From an uncultured Bacilli bacterium (GTDB lineage: Bacteria > Bacillota_I > Bacilli_A > RF39 > UBA660): DNA of 64,000 bases. A program made the translations under genes and the position numbers. The DNA lies in the NCBI GenBank assembly GCA_934098665.1, contig CAKOOO010000001.1, positions 30,823-94,822 on the forward strand, written 5' to 3'. The notes beneath the pieces are model-generated. The model made no database searches, was not told the DNA's origin, and saw nothing but the letters and a program-made list of their open reading frames with translations. Positions 44,799 through 55,345 of this stretch are shown piece by piece (the first letter of the stretch is position 1; the number at the start of each line of letters is the position of its first letter).

Positions 44799-45937
44799 TT
44801 TTCACTCCTTAAATATTTTCTTAAGTTAATTTTACATGGACAAATATATGAGCATAGTCCACAGTCTATACAGCTTTTGCTTTTAATACCTGTGTCCATA
44901 ACTTTTTTAGGATTAACTTTAACAGGACATATTTTATAGCACATACCACACAAATTGCATTTTTCTTCTTTAAAAGTATCTTTATTTGTTATAATAAGTC
45001 CCTTTGTATTTTCAGTAATAACTTCTTTATCTAGATCTATTTCATAACCTGTCATTAAACCATTACAAATATAAAGAGCATTATCAAATTTTTTTATGTT
45101 TAATTTTTTTAGTACATCTTTAATAAGACTACCATTTTTAACGTTTACAACAAAACTTTTTGGTAAAAAAGGACTTACTATACTTACAAAAGTTGTATAT
45201 GATAGTTCATCATTTAAAAGTTTATATATTTTATATAAATCACTTGCACTTATAACTAAACTATCTTCATTTAATAAATTCATATTTTCAAGTAAAAAAT
45301 AGTCTTGTGCTAAAAGATAATAATCATTAATTAAAGATAAATTTATTTTAGGATAAGTACCTATTTTTGATAAAAATAAATTTATATTATCTGTATCATT
45401 ACTTTTAATAGATATAAATGCATTATCAATTTGAAATATATTTACAAAATCATCAATTAATTTAAGAAGTTTGTTTGCATATTTTTTTAAAATAAATGGA
45501 TTATTTTGAATATATGGTTCATCTTCCATACCATTAATAATAAGATTTTTTATATTCTTATTTTCAAGCATTTTTGCAAATGAAAGATAATTATTTTCAG
45601 ATAAAGTACTTATAATATTTGCTCTTGTAAGTGTTACATTTTTATTATTTATTTTTTCTTTTTCTTCATAAGTATTTTCAATAACTACACATTTAGTTTT
45701 TTTATTATAAATATTTAAAAAAGTAGTTCCTTTTATAACACCTGATATAGGGCTTTTAATTTTATTTAGTTTGTTTTCAACAACAATTTCATTAATTAAA
45801 ACTTTATCATCTTGTTTTTTTAAAAGTTCAAAGCCATCATATATTGGTAAATATACATAATCAGGATTTAAATATTCATAAATATCATTATCAAATAATA
45901 TATTTAATTTTTTTTCTAATTTAATTAATTTTCTCAT
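44795..45937 (-). CDS. RnfC-like protein with C-terminal 2x[4Fe-4S] ferredoxin motifs
   Basis: 380 aa with CNLCGMCYKICP and CIDCGLCSYICP. INGMEDEPYIQNNPF resembles RnfC INGAECEPY. I did not see a clear NADH/FMN glycine-rich motif. Confidence 0.5.
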   Translation of the reverse strand: MRKLIKLEKKLNILFDNDIYEYLNPDYVYLPIYDGFELLKKQDDKVLINEIVVENKLNKIKSPISGVIKGTTFLNIYNKKTKCVVIENTYEEKEKINNKNVTLTRANIISTLSENNYLSFAKMLENKNIKNLIINGMEDEPYIQNNPFILKKYANKLLKLIDDFVNIFQIDNAFISIKSNDTDNINLFLSKIGTYPKINLSLINDYYLLAQDYFLLENMNLLNEDSLVISASDLYKIYKLLNDELSYTTFVSIVSPFLPKSFVVNVKNGSLIKDVLKKLNIKKFDNALYICNGLMTGYEIDLDKEVITENTKGLIITNKDTFKEEKCNLCGMCYKICPVKVNPKKVMDTGIKSKSCIDCGLCSYICPCKINLRKYLRSEK

Positions 45938-45956
45938 AAACTAATGATAACATACT

Positions 45957-47717
45957 TTAGTTTTCATTTAAATATTTTTTTAACTCCATAGCTATTTTTT
46001 CAGGAATTATTTTTTTAAGTTCCTTTATATCCGCATTTTTTATTTTTTCAATACTACCATAAGTTTTAAGTAAATTATTTATTCTACTTGAACCTAAACC
46101 TTCAACATTTGCAAGCATACTTTTAAGCATACCTTTACTTCTTATAGTTTTATGATAAGTAATAACAAATCTATGTACTTCATCTTGTATTCTTGTTAAA
46201 TAATTAAATACATCTTCATGGTTAGTTAAATCATAGGTTTTATATGTATCGCTATCTAAAAGAGCATTTGTATGATGATGATTGTCCTTTTTTAAACCAA
46301 CAACTTTAATATTTAAATTTAAAGTATTAAGAACTTCTTTACAAGCATTTATTTGATTTAAACCACCATCTAAAATTATTAAATCAGGTATTTCCTCATT
46401 TTCTACAATACATCTAAAATATCTTCGATAAATTACTTCTTTCATCATATGATAATCATCATTTTTGTCTACACTAATTTTGTATTTACGATAATCATTT
46501 TTACTTGGTTTACCATTTTTAAAGACAACCATTGCACCAACAGAAAATGAGCCAAAAAGGTTTGAATTATCAAATGCATCTATACGATATAAACTATTCA
46601 TATTAAGAATTTTTCTTAAATTTTCATTTGCTTCGAATACTCTTTTTTCATCATTTTTAAATCTTTCTAAACTATTATCTAAAGTTATTTTAGCATTTTC
46701 ATATGAAAGACTTAATAGTTTTTTCTTATTTCCCTTTATAGGTTTAATAAAAGTTACTGATAAAAGTTTTTCCAAAACAGACGTGTCAATTTCGCTTGGT
46801 ACAATTATTTCTTTAGGAATTTCATGTTTTTGATAAAATGAATATAAATAACTTATTATCTGTTCTTCATTAGTTTCAATTGGTACAATAATATTATTAT
46901 GACTTCCAAGTAGTTTACCAGACCTTATGAAAAGTATTTCAATAGAAAGATAGCCTTTATAATAGTAATATGCTACTACATCACGGTTTACAAAATCATT
47001 TGACTGAACTTTTTGCTTTTCGGTAATATAGTTTATATAATCAAGTTCATTTTTGAGTTCTAAAGCTTTTTCATAATTTAAATTTTCAGAGAAAAACTCT
47101 ATTTTTTCATTTATCTTTGAGGTAATTATTTTATCATTGCCCCTTAAAAAGGAAAGAATTTCATTTTCCATTGTTTTTATTTTTTCTTCATTAGTATTTT
47201 TTACGCAATATCCAAGACACTCACCAATATGATAATAAAGGCATACTTCTTTAGGCTTTCCCTCACATTTTTTAAGAGGATATAATCTATTTAAAAGTGA
47301 TACTATTTTCCTTGCCGCATAAGCATTTGGATATGGTCCAAATAAAAGTTTTTTATCACTTTTTTTAACATTTGTATATCTAGATACTTTTAAAAGTGGA
47401 TATGGCTTTTTAACATATTCAATATATGGATAAGTTTTATCATCCTTAAGTAAAATATTATATTTTGGATTATATTTTTTTATTAAATTTATTTCCAATA
47501 TAAAACTTTCAGTTTCTGTTTTTGTAACAATATACTGAAAATGATGTACTTCACTAACCATTAAGGCTGTTTTACCTGTAACAGTTCCTCGAAAATATGA
47601 ATGAAGTCTTTTATTTAAATCTTTGGCTTTTCCAACATAAATAATTATTCCATCACTATTAACCATTTGATATGAACCTGGTGCATGTGGAACTAGTTTT
47701 AATTCTTCCTTAAACAT
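45957..47717 (-). CDS. uvrC: excinuclease ABC subunit C
   Basis: 586 aa with an N-terminal GIY-YIG domain (GSYQMVNSDGIIIYVGKAKDLNKRLHSYF), UVR and endonuclease V-like domains, and C-terminal HhH. Confidence 0.95.
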   Translation of the reverse strand: MFKEELKLVPHAPGSYQMVNSDGIIIYVGKAKDLNKRLHSYFRGTVTGKTALMVSEVHHFQYIVTKTETESFILEINLIKKYNPKYNILLKDDKTYPYIEYVKKPYPLLKVSRYTNVKKSDKKLLFGPYPNAYAARKIVSLLNRLYPLKKCEGKPKEVCLYYHIGECLGYCVKNTNEEKIKTMENEILSFLRGNDKIITSKINEKIEFFSENLNYEKALELKNELDYINYITEKQKVQSNDFVNRDVVAYYYYKGYLSIEILFIRSGKLLGSHNNIIVPIETNEEQIISYLYSFYQKHEIPKEIIVPSEIDTSVLEKLLSVTFIKPIKGNKKKLLSLSYENAKITLDNSLERFKNDEKRVFEANENLRKILNMNSLYRIDAFDNSNLFGSFSVGAMVVFKNGKPSKNDYRKYKISVDKNDDYHMMKEVIYRRYFRCIVENEEIPDLIILDGGLNQINACKEVLNTLNLNIKVVGLKKDNHHHTNALLDSDTYKTYDLTNHEDVFNYLTRIQDEVHRFVITYHKTIRSKGMLKSMLANVEGLGSSRINNLLKTYGSIEKIKNADIKELKKIIPEKIAMELKKYLNEN

Positions 47718-47791
47718 ACTTTTTTCTCCCTATAAAAATATTATACTACAAAAATACTTAAAAATAAGATATAATTTTTATGAGGTATATT

Positions 47792-48139
47792 ATGTTATTA
47801 AATGAGTATGAATTAACTATTAAAAAATCTAAATTTATTGGTTTACTATATAAAATAGATAAAGTGGAAGATGTAAAAAATATAATAAATGAATTAAAAA
47901 AAGAGCACCCTAAAGCAAACCATTTTCCTTATGCTTTTATACTAGATAATAAAGCTGGCAAAACTGATGATAAAGAACCTCATAATAGTGCGGGAATGCA
48001 AATATATAATATGCTTAAATATAGTAATTTATGTGCTCATTTACTTGTTATAATAAGATACTTTGGTGGAACTAAACTTGGTGCAAGTAACCTTTTAAGA
48101 GCTTACCTTGAAGTTGCCAAAAATACTATTAAAAAATAA
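47792..48139 (+). CDS. IMPACT/YigZ-family N-terminal domain protein
   Basis: About 115 aa with ...DDKEPHNSAGMQIYNML... and IRYFGGTKLGASNLLRAY. Start taken at MLLNEY, 5 nt after GAGGT. Lacks the usual C-terminal domain. Confidence 0.65.
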   Translation: MLLNEYELTIKKSKFIGLLYKIDKVEDVKNIINELKKEHPKANHFPYAFILDNKAGKTDDKEPHNSAGMQIYNMLKYSNLCAHLLVIIRYFGGTKLGASNLLRAYLEVAKNTIKK

Positions 48140-48156
48140 TGTAACTTTAATAATCA

Positions 48157-48189
48157 TAAAAAAAATCACAAATTAATGTGATTTTTTTA
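48157..48189. terminator. bidirectional rho-independent terminator
   Basis: A-run, ATCACA-AATTAA-TGTGAT, T-run. Lies between two convergent genes. Confidence 0.7.
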
Positions 48190-49944
48190 TTAGTTCATTT
48201 TTTTCTTAAGTATTAATGCAGTTGCTCCTAAAAGTGCTAAACTCATAAGAGTAACTGAAGTATAAACTAAAATTCCATCAACTGTATTAGGATTTTCTAC
48301 TTTATTAGTTGTATTAGAATTTTCTACTTTATCAGTTGTATTAGGTTTTTCTACTTTATCAGTATTATCTTTAGTTTCAGTTTTTTCTGGAGTATAGAAA
48401 CTAAGTTCAAATGTAGAGAAACTTTCTGTTTCAATTTCAATATATTTTTGTCCATTTTCTTCCTTAATTTCATATTCTTTAGTATCAATTACTGTTTCTC
48501 CATTTTTATGTACTACTTTTGCATGTGTAAATGTAATTTCATTAGGAACCGCAACTTTAACTTTTATTTTACCAGTTATTGCTTCATTTGGAAGTACTTT
48601 AGCTTCTTGATTAATTATATAATAAGGTTTAATATCAAGAACTAAAACACCTTTTTCTTTATCATAAGATTTAATTTCAGTAGACATTTTAACTTCAATT
48701 AAAGTGTTTTCTACTCCCTCGATTTTAGATGAATCTATAGCATCTTTTAACCCTGTAACAGTATCAGTAAGTTTTGCATCAGTTAATTCTTTAGCAACTT
48801 TTTCGTCTACTTTATCACTAACTTTAACTTCTGGAGTAGTAACAACTAATTCACCTTTGTTTTCACTTACTATAGTATACATTTCACCATTTTTAACAGC
48901 TTTTACACCTGTTACTAGTTTTACTCCACCTTTTTTAGCAACTATTTCATCAGTAAATGAACCACCAGAAATTTCAATTTCATCAGGTTTCAACATATCA
49001 ATGTTTCCATAGAATCTTCCACCTTTAACCTCAACTGAAGTTACTAGTTTACTATTTACAACATCATCTGCATTTTTTTGTGCTATGTAATGATAAATTG
49101 AATTTCCATATGCTGAATGGTATTCCCCACCTTCAATAGTAAGTTCAATATTTCCAGCATATCCATTATTTGATTCAATAGCAATTGCAGCACCCGTGGC
49201 ATTAATACCATCGCCATTATATGTACCTTTAACTTTCTCTCCAGTAGCATATATTGTAGCATTCTTAATATTAATTTTTCCGGCTTTTATACCAAATCCA
49301 CCTTTATCGCCTTCAATTGTAGCTCCATCAATATTCCAAATTGCATATCCAGCTGCATATAGTCCATAATCCTTACTAATAAATTTAGCAGTATTATAAA
49401 TGTTAATAACAGGACAATTTTTTATCCTTTTATTATTTCCACTTATAGTAAATGCAGGTTGTGGAACTTCACTAACAGATTTAAATGTACCTTTAAGATT
49501 TACTGTAACACCAAAAGCATCCCAGCTAATATATGTTCCATAATCTCCTTCTAAAGTTACATTTTCATCAACAGTAAGTGATGACCAATTTGTATCATTT
49601 TCATCTTCTGAACCATAAATAACAACTGGAGCAGCAAGATGCATAGTACCATTAATAGTACCTTTACCTGTAATTGTTAAGTAACCTTTATTAACTTTAA
49701 TTCTATTGTTTTGAGTTAAAATGTTATGATCATTTAAATCAAGTGTAACAGTTTTACCATCATTAACATTAATATCGCCAGTTAAAGTTAAATTTTCAGT
49801 TAACTTAGCCTCGCCGCCATTTTTAAAGACTTCGGCAAGTTCGTCTTCTGTTTTAACTTCTTTAGTTTCCGCAAATACAATTGAGGGCAAAATCATTGCA
49901 AAAACCATTACTAAAGTTAAAACAACTCTTTTTAGGTTTTTCAT
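48190..49944 (-). CDS. secreted surface protein (beta-helix-like repeats) with C-terminal sorting-signal-like tail
   Basis: 584 aa with signal peptide MKNLKRVVLTLVMVFAMILPSIVFA. C-terminus: DKVEKPNTT DKVENSNTT NKVENPNTVDG, a hydrophobic helix, then KKKMN. Confidence 0.7.
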   Translation of the reverse strand: MKNLKRVVLTLVMVFAMILPSIVFAETKEVKTEDELAEVFKNGGEAKLTENLTLTGDINVNDGKTVTLDLNDHNILTQNNRIKVNKGYLTITGKGTINGTMHLAAPVVIYGSEDENDTNWSSLTVDENVTLEGDYGTYISWDAFGVTVNLKGTFKSVSEVPQPAFTISGNNKRIKNCPVINIYNTAKFISKDYGLYAAGYAIWNIDGATIEGDKGGFGIKAGKINIKNATIYATGEKVKGTYNGDGINATGAAIAIESNNGYAGNIELTIEGGEYHSAYGNSIYHYIAQKNADDVVNSKLVTSVEVKGGRFYGNIDMLKPDEIEISGGSFTDEIVAKKGGVKLVTGVKAVKNGEMYTIVSENKGELVVTTPEVKVSDKVDEKVAKELTDAKLTDTVTGLKDAIDSSKIEGVENTLIEVKMSTEIKSYDKEKGVLVLDIKPYYIINQEAKVLPNEAITGKIKVKVAVPNEITFTHAKVVHKNGETVIDTKEYEIKEENGQKYIEIETESFSTFELSFYTPEKTETKDNTDKVEKPNTTDKVENSNTTNKVENPNTVDGILVYTSVTLMSLALLGATALILKKKMN

Positions 49945-50031
49945 TAATTCCCTATCCTTTCTAGCTTAATGTTATCATAAGTTAGCAAATTATACAATAA
50001 TAAAAAGCAAAAAAATTAGTCTAACTGTAAA

Positions 50032-50814
50032 CTAATTTTTATTTATAACATTTATATAGTTGTAAGGTATTTCAATATTATTTTTATCAAACACTTTCTT
50101 TAAATTTTCATTTAATTGACAACTATTTTCAAAACTTTCAGATAAATCTTTACCCCATACATAACATCTAAGTATTATTGAGGAACTATCCCATCTTATT
50201 ACTTTAACATTTACTTCATAATCATCTTTATATAATTTTTTAAGTTCTTCCTTTGCAAGTTTTATAGCCTTATCTATATCAGCTGAATAAGATATACCAT
50301 ACTCACAAAAAGTGCAATGTTTACTTTCATTATAATCATAATTTTCAATTGTAAGGGTATTTAAAACACTATTAGGAATAATATATCTTTGATTGTTATA
50401 TCCTTTTATTATAGTATGTCTCATTGATATTTCAAGTACAGTTCCCGAAATATCTTTTTCTAAAATGTGAACTTTATCACCAACCTCAATTGGATGAGAA
50501 AATAAAAGAGAAATACTACCAAATAGATTCTTAAGAGCTTCTTGAGCCGCTAAACCTAAAATAGTAGTTAATATACCTACTGCAGAAAGTAATGTAACAG
50601 AAAGTGATTTAAACATTTTAAATTTTGATAAGCAAAGTGTTACACCTATACCAAATATAATTACCGTTTTAAGTCTATTAAAAAATATTAAAACCGTTTT
50701 TAAATTCTTATTATTTTTTTTATCCATTACTTTTTTAATAAATTTATCAATTACTAAATTTATTATATAACTTATTAAAAGTATTACCACAATACTTATT
50801 ATTTGTTCTAACAT
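50032..50814 (-). CDS. MscS-family small-conductance mechanosensitive channel
   Basis: 260 aa. Three N-terminal TM helices followed by an MscS beta-domain-like region (...FSHPIEVGDKV...GTVLEISMRHT...). Confidence 0.7.
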   Translation of the reverse strand: MLEQIISIVVILLISYIINLVIDKFIKKVMDKKNNKNLKTVLIFFNRLKTVIIFGIGVTLCLSKFKMFKSLSVTLLSAVGILTTILGLAAQEALKNLFGSISLLFSHPIEVGDKVHILEKDISGTVLEISMRHTIIKGYNNQRYIIPNSVLNTLTIENYDYNESKHCTFCEYGISYSADIDKAIKLAKEELKKLYKDDYEVNVKVIRWDSSSIILRCYVWGKDLSESFENSCQLNENLKKVFDKNNIEIPYNYINVINKN

Positions 50815-50884
50815 ATTATCACCATACTTATTATATAATTTATAAAAAAAAGAAACAAGTTTATTTTACTAGTTTCTTAGAAAA

Positions 50885-51637
50885 TTAATATTCATCATAA
50901 AAACCTTTAGCATATAGTTTTTGTTTAGTAAGCATTTTTGCTTTATCTAAAGGATATTTTTTTATAAATTTATTATATATTTTTTCATATTCTTTTTGAT
51001 ATATTTCTTTATCAGAAAACTGTATATTATTTAAATAAATATTAAAATTAGTATAACCTAAGTTTCTTAAATCAGCACTTACTTTTTGAATAAACATTTT
51101 TTTTGAAAGTCTCTTATTAGTTTTAAGTTTTTTATTAATTATTTTATTTATTCTTTCTTCATTAATATCATCAAATAAAGTTAAATACTTTGAAATGTCT
51201 TCTTTTTTAAAACCATTTTTCAAAAGCTGTCTTTTAACTTTTTCTGGTCCATCTAAAGAAAGATTTATTTTATCATTTATATATGATTTTATATAAAGTT
51301 CATCATTTAAATAGCCTTGCTTTTTAAGTAATTCTATAATTTTATCTTGCTCTTTTTTTAATATGAATAAACTATTTAGTTTTTTTCTAATTTCATTTTC
51401 TGTTCGAAGACGAAAACTTACAAATTTTATTATTTTATAATATGCATCATAAAAGCTATTATCTTTTTTAATATTTTCAAATAAAACATTATCTATTTCT
51501 TTTTTTGAAAAAAGCAAGTATTTTATAATTGTATCTTGATATAAATTATATTTTTCATTATCAATTGTTACTACATACTTACCATTTTTATTTACTTTAA
51601 TATTTTGAATTTTCAAATTAATTTTGTTCCTCTGCAA
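50885..51637 (-). CDS. recX: RecX-family regulatory protein
   Basis: 250 aa of repeated three-helix RecX-like units (...ENEIRKKL...LLKKQGYLNDELY...QLLKNGFKKEDI...). Confidence 0.7.
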   Translation of the reverse strand: MQRNKINLKIQNIKVNKNGKYVVTIDNEKYNLYQDTIIKYLLFSKKEIDNVLFENIKKDNSFYDAYYKIIKFVSFRLRTENEIRKKLNSLFILKKEQDKIIELLKKQGYLNDELYIKSYINDKINLSLDGPEKVKRQLLKNGFKKEDISKYLTLFDDINEERINKIINKKLKTNKRLSKKMFIQKVSADLRNLGYTNFNIYLNNIQFSDKEIYQKEYEKIYNKFIKKYPLDKAKMLTKQKLYAKGFYDEY

Positions 51638-52604
51638 GATAATTTGATGCTACTTCATCTAAATCTTTTATTAAAGCATCAACATCTTTCTTTTCACTTA
51701 TTCTTGCTCCAGATGCATATTGATGTCCACCACCATTATATTTTGAAGCAACCTCATTTATAATTGGTCCTCTTGAGCGAATATTAACTTTATATATTTC
51801 ATTTCTTTCATCATAAGTGATAAAACACCAAACGTTTAGTTCTTCGATGAAATTAAAATTATTAATTAGCACTGAAGCAGCAGATAAATCTACTTTATAT
51901 TCTTCGACTACTTTATTATCAATTAAAATATAGCCAAACTTATTATCAGTAATTACTAAATTATTTATTATATAAGCCTCAAACTTACACTCATTAAAAC
52001 TTTTTTGATATAAATTTCCATAAAGATTTGTAAAATCAAGATTATAATCTTTACATAATTTAGCAGCCATTTCAAAAGTACCAACTGTCGTATTTTTAAA
52101 TAAAAATCTTTCACTATCAGAAACTATTCCTAAAAATAATTTTTCTGCAATTTCTTTATCCATATTAAGTTTTGTTTCATAAATAAGATTTGCAACCATT
52201 TCACAGGTTGAAGAATAATCACTTGATGTAAAATCAGCAGTACCTATGATATCTTCTTTAGGATGATGGTCTATTTTAACAATGTCTTTATAATCTAAAT
52301 CATCAGTTCCATCTACTCTATAAAAGTTAGGTACGTCAAGTACTATCAAAAGGCAATTTGTCAGACTATTAAAATCTGGTTTATCTAAAGAGCCTAAATA
52401 TTTAAATTTACTTACTCCAGCGCCTACTGCATAAACTCTTTTATTTGGAAATGTAAGTTTAATAGAATCACGAAGAGCAATTTGACTTGCAACAGCATCT
52501 GGATCTGGTCCAATATGTCTTGCAAGCACTATCTCATCATATTTTTTTATTAACTTAAATATCTTTTTGTATATTTCCTTATTTATATTAATCACCCATT
52601 TCAA
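51618..52604 (-). CDS. nrnA: DHH/DHHA1 phosphoesterase (NrnA-type nanoRNase/pAp phosphatase)
   Basis: 328 aa with DHH motifs (HIGPDPDAVAS, LDVPN, IDHHP) and DHHA1 GGGHQYASG. Confidence 0.85.
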   Translation of the reverse strand: MKWVININKEIYKKIFKLIKKYDEIVLARHIGPDPDAVASQIALRDSIKLTFPNKRVYAVGAGVSKFKYLGSLDKPDFNSLTNCLLIVLDVPNFYRVDGTDDLDYKDIVKIDHHPKEDIIGTADFTSSDYSSTCEMVANLIYETKLNMDKEIAEKLFLGIVSDSERFLFKNTTVGTFEMAAKLCKDYNLDFTNLYGNLYQKSFNECKFEAYIINNLVITDNKFGYILIDNKVVEEYKVDLSAASVLINNFNFIEELNVWCFITYDERNEIYKVNIRSRGPIINEVASKYNGGGHQYASGARISEKKDVDALIKDLDEVASNYLAEEQN

Positions 52605-53778
52605 TTTTTAACTTCATTGTATCTTGGGCAATTAAAAGTTCTTCATTAGTTGGTAAAATGTAAACTGGAATACTAGAGTCTTCAGCAGAAATTTTCTTAT
52701 ATTCTCCACGAACATTATTTAACGTATCATCAAGTTTTACACCTAATGATTTAATTCTATCAACAACCATTTTTCTCATTCTTGCACTGTTTTCACCAAC
52801 ACCAGCAGTAAATACTATAGCATCAGCTCCACCAAGCATATTGTTATACACAGCAATATAATTAGCAATTTTTTGTGCATACATATTTTCCGCTAAAACA
52901 GCCATTTTATTTCCTTCCATTGCGGCATTTTCAACATCTCTTGCATCTGATGATATTCCTGATACTCCTAAAAAACCACTCTTCTTATTTAAATCATTAG
53001 TAATTTCAGAAATAGTTTTACCAGTTTTGTTACATACATATTCTAAAATAGATGGATCGATATCACCACATCTTGTTCCCATCATAACACCTGCAAGTGG
53101 AGTAAATCCCATTGAAGTATCTACTACTTTGCCTTCATCAATAGCACAAAGTGATGCACCATTTCCAATATGGCAAGTAATAACTTTTAATTCTTCATTT
53201 TCAAGTTTTTTGCAAAGTTCTCCATATACAAATCTATGACTTGTTCCGTGGAAACCATATTTTCTTACACCATATTTTTCATACCATTCATAAGGTACTG
53301 GATATAAGAAATGTTCTTCATCCATTGTTTGATGAAAACCTGTATCAAATACCCCAACATTTATTACTCCAGGAAGAGCTTTCATAAATGCCTCAACTCC
53401 AAGAAGGTTTGCGGGATTATGTAGTGGTCCAAGTTCGTTATATTTACTTATTCTTTTAACTACATCTTCATTTAAAACTACTGGATGAGTAAATTCTGCT
53501 CCTCCGTGTAGTATTCTATGGCCTATACCTTCGATTTCATTTAATGATGAAACAATATGCATATCCACTAAATCTTTAATTAAGCATTCAACTGCTACAG
53601 AATGATCCTTTAGATATACTTCCTTTCTTGTTTTTTCACCATCATATTTAATTGTATAGAAACTATCTTTTAGACCTATTTTTTCAAATACACCACTTGC
53701 AATAGCTTCAGTTTTAGGAAGTTCAAATAAAGTAAATTTTAAAGATGAACTACCTGCGTTTATTGATAATATTTTCAT
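52588..53778 (-). CDS. ackA: acetate kinase
   Basis: MKILSINAGSSSLKF start at 53778 after GAGGTG; the track ORF begins 19 codons upstream without an RBS. Acetate/propionate kinase signatures are present throughout. Confidence 0.95.
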   Translation of the reverse strand: MKILSINAGSSSLKFTLFELPKTEAIASGVFEKIGLKDSFYTIKYDGEKTRKEVYLKDHSVAVECLIKDLVDMHIVSSLNEIEGIGHRILHGGAEFTHPVVLNEDVVKRISKYNELGPLHNPANLLGVEAFMKALPGVINVGVFDTGFHQTMDEEHFLYPVPYEWYEKYGVRKYGFHGTSHRFVYGELCKKLENEELKVITCHIGNGASLCAIDEGKVVDTSMGFTPLAGVMMGTRCGDIDPSILEYVCNKTGKTISEITNDLNKKSGFLGVSGISSDARDVENAAMEGNKMAVLAENMYAQKIANYIAVYNNMLGGADAIVFTAGVGENSARMRKMVVDRIKSLGVKLDDTLNNVRGEYKKISAEDSSIPVYILPTNEELLIAQDTMKLKIEMGD

Positions 53779-54163
53779 TTCTTTCACCTCAAAATTATTA
53801 TACAAGAAAAAAGTAGTTTTTGCTACCTTTTTCATTTTATTTACTTATTTTTTTTATCAATGTTTTTATTTTATACAAATGAATGCAAAATATTTTTTTA
53901 AAACTACGATAAAATAATATAAATGTTTAAGCATTTAAAAAAAACTTCACTAGGAAGATTTTTTAATACTATTAATATTACATGAAGATGTCTTTGAATA
54001 TATATCATAATTATTAACTTTATCTTTTCTTTGAGAAGATAAATTAAATCCATAATCATTAAAATATTCATTTAAAAGTTTTTCATTTCTATTTTCCATA
54101 ACAATTTTTGATGATTTATAATATCTTTTATTCATATAATTATTATGGTTTTTTATTTAAAAA

Positions 54164-55345
54164 TTATAACAAATCTTCATAAGTTTTATCATTTATATTT
54201 AAAGTAATTACTTTTTCATTTTTTATAGCTTCATAAATTAAATTATCTTTATCCACTAAAAGTTCATATTCTTTAGCAAGTTTTAAATCCGGATGAATTA
54301 CTGGATGTTTAGGTACAAATATGGTACAACAATCCTCATATGGTCTTATGGAAATATCATAAGTACCTATTTTTTTAGCTAAATCAATTATCTCTAATTT
54401 ATCAAAACAGCATACTGGTCTAATAACTGGTTTTTTTATTGATTCATTTATAACTTCCATACTTTTTAATGTTTGAGATGCTACTTGGCCAACACTTTCA
54501 CCATTAATAATAACATGAGCATTAACTCTATTTGCAATAATTGCAGAAATTTGATACATAAATCTTCGCATAATCGTAATTAAATAAAAATTAGGTATAT
54601 TTTTAATAATTTCCTCTTGAATATGGGTAAAATTTATAACATGAACTTTTATATTACCATTATAAATCGAAAGTTTTTTTGCTAAATCAAATACTTTTTC
54701 TCTTGCCATATCTGATGTATGAGGTGGTGAATCAAAATAAATTGCCTCAAGTCTAATTCCTCTTTTCATAGCAAGATATCCTGCCACTGGAGAATCTATT
54801 CCTCCAGAAAGCATTAAAAGTCCTTTACCAAGTGTTGAAACTGGATAACCACCTAAACCTTTTATACCATCAAAATATACAAGTACCTCATTTATTCTAA
54901 CTTCAACAAAAATTTCTAAATCATACCCTGTCATTAATACTTTTTTATTTTCTATATTTTTTAAAATATATGAACCAATTATTTTTGATATATCCACTGA
55001 AGAAATTTCATAATGTTTATCACTTCTTTTAGTGGTAACTCTAAATGAATTAAAATCTATGTTTTTTATTAAAGAAAGTATATTTTCCTTAATAATGTCA
55101 ATATTTTTATCTTTAAAAATATAACCTATCATAATTTCATGAATACCAAAAACATTTAAAAGTTTATTTTTTACTTTTTCTATTTCATCAGTATAAATAA
55201 CCATTCTACCAATATCTGAAACTATTTTATAATTAATGTCATTTAAACTTTTTTCTATATTATGTTTTAATGTTTTAATAAAAAAATTTATATTATCACT
55301 TTTGGTAGAAAGTTCTGCATATTTTATAATTATTACTTTTTCCAT
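54164..55345 (-). CDS. thiI: tRNA 4-thiouridine synthase ThiI
   Basis: 393 aa with a THUMP domain and the PP-loop SGGIDSPVA. Next to a cysteine desulfurase, as in Bacillus. Confidence 0.93.
   Translation of the reverse strand: MEKVIIIKYAELSTKSDNINFFIKTLKHNIEKSLNDINYKIVSDIGRMVIYTDEIEKVKNKLLNVFGIHEIMIGYIFKDKNIDIIKENILSLIKNIDFNSFRVTTKRSDKHYEISSVDISKIIGSYILKNIENKKVLMTGYDLEIFVEVRINEVLVYFDGIKGLGGYPVSTLGKGLLMLSGGIDSPVAGYLAMKRGIRLEAIYFDSPPHTSDMAREKVFDLAKKLSIYNGNIKVHVINFTHIQEEIIKNIPNFYLITIMRRFMYQISAIIANRVNAHVIINGESVGQVASQTLKSMEVINESIKKPVIRPVCCFDKLEIIDLAKKIGTYDISIRPYEDCCTIFVPKHPVIHPDLKLAKEYELLVDKDNLIYEAIKNEKVITLNINDKTYEDLL

Noticed and set aside
48280-48365. Three tandem ~27-nt repeats, checked as a possible mini CRISPR-like or other non-coding repeat array.
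   Set aside because: They lie in frame within the 3' end of the 584-aa surface-protein gene and encode the 9-aa unit (D/N)KVExxNT(T/V). There are no spacers.
36601-53239. Other short opposite-strand track ORFs (36601-36789, 38717-38917, 40157-40348, 45096-45302, 48448-48645, 48704-49012, 53027-53239; likewise 10394-10606, 13497-13793 and 20751-20984).
   Set aside because: Each lies wholly inside, and antisense to, a longer gene with recognisable family motifs.
53950-54135. 61-aa minus-strand ORF between ackA and thiI.
   Set aside because: It has no Shine-Dalgarno sequence upstream, low-complexity composition and no recognisable family, so I did not call it. It could still be a real small protein.
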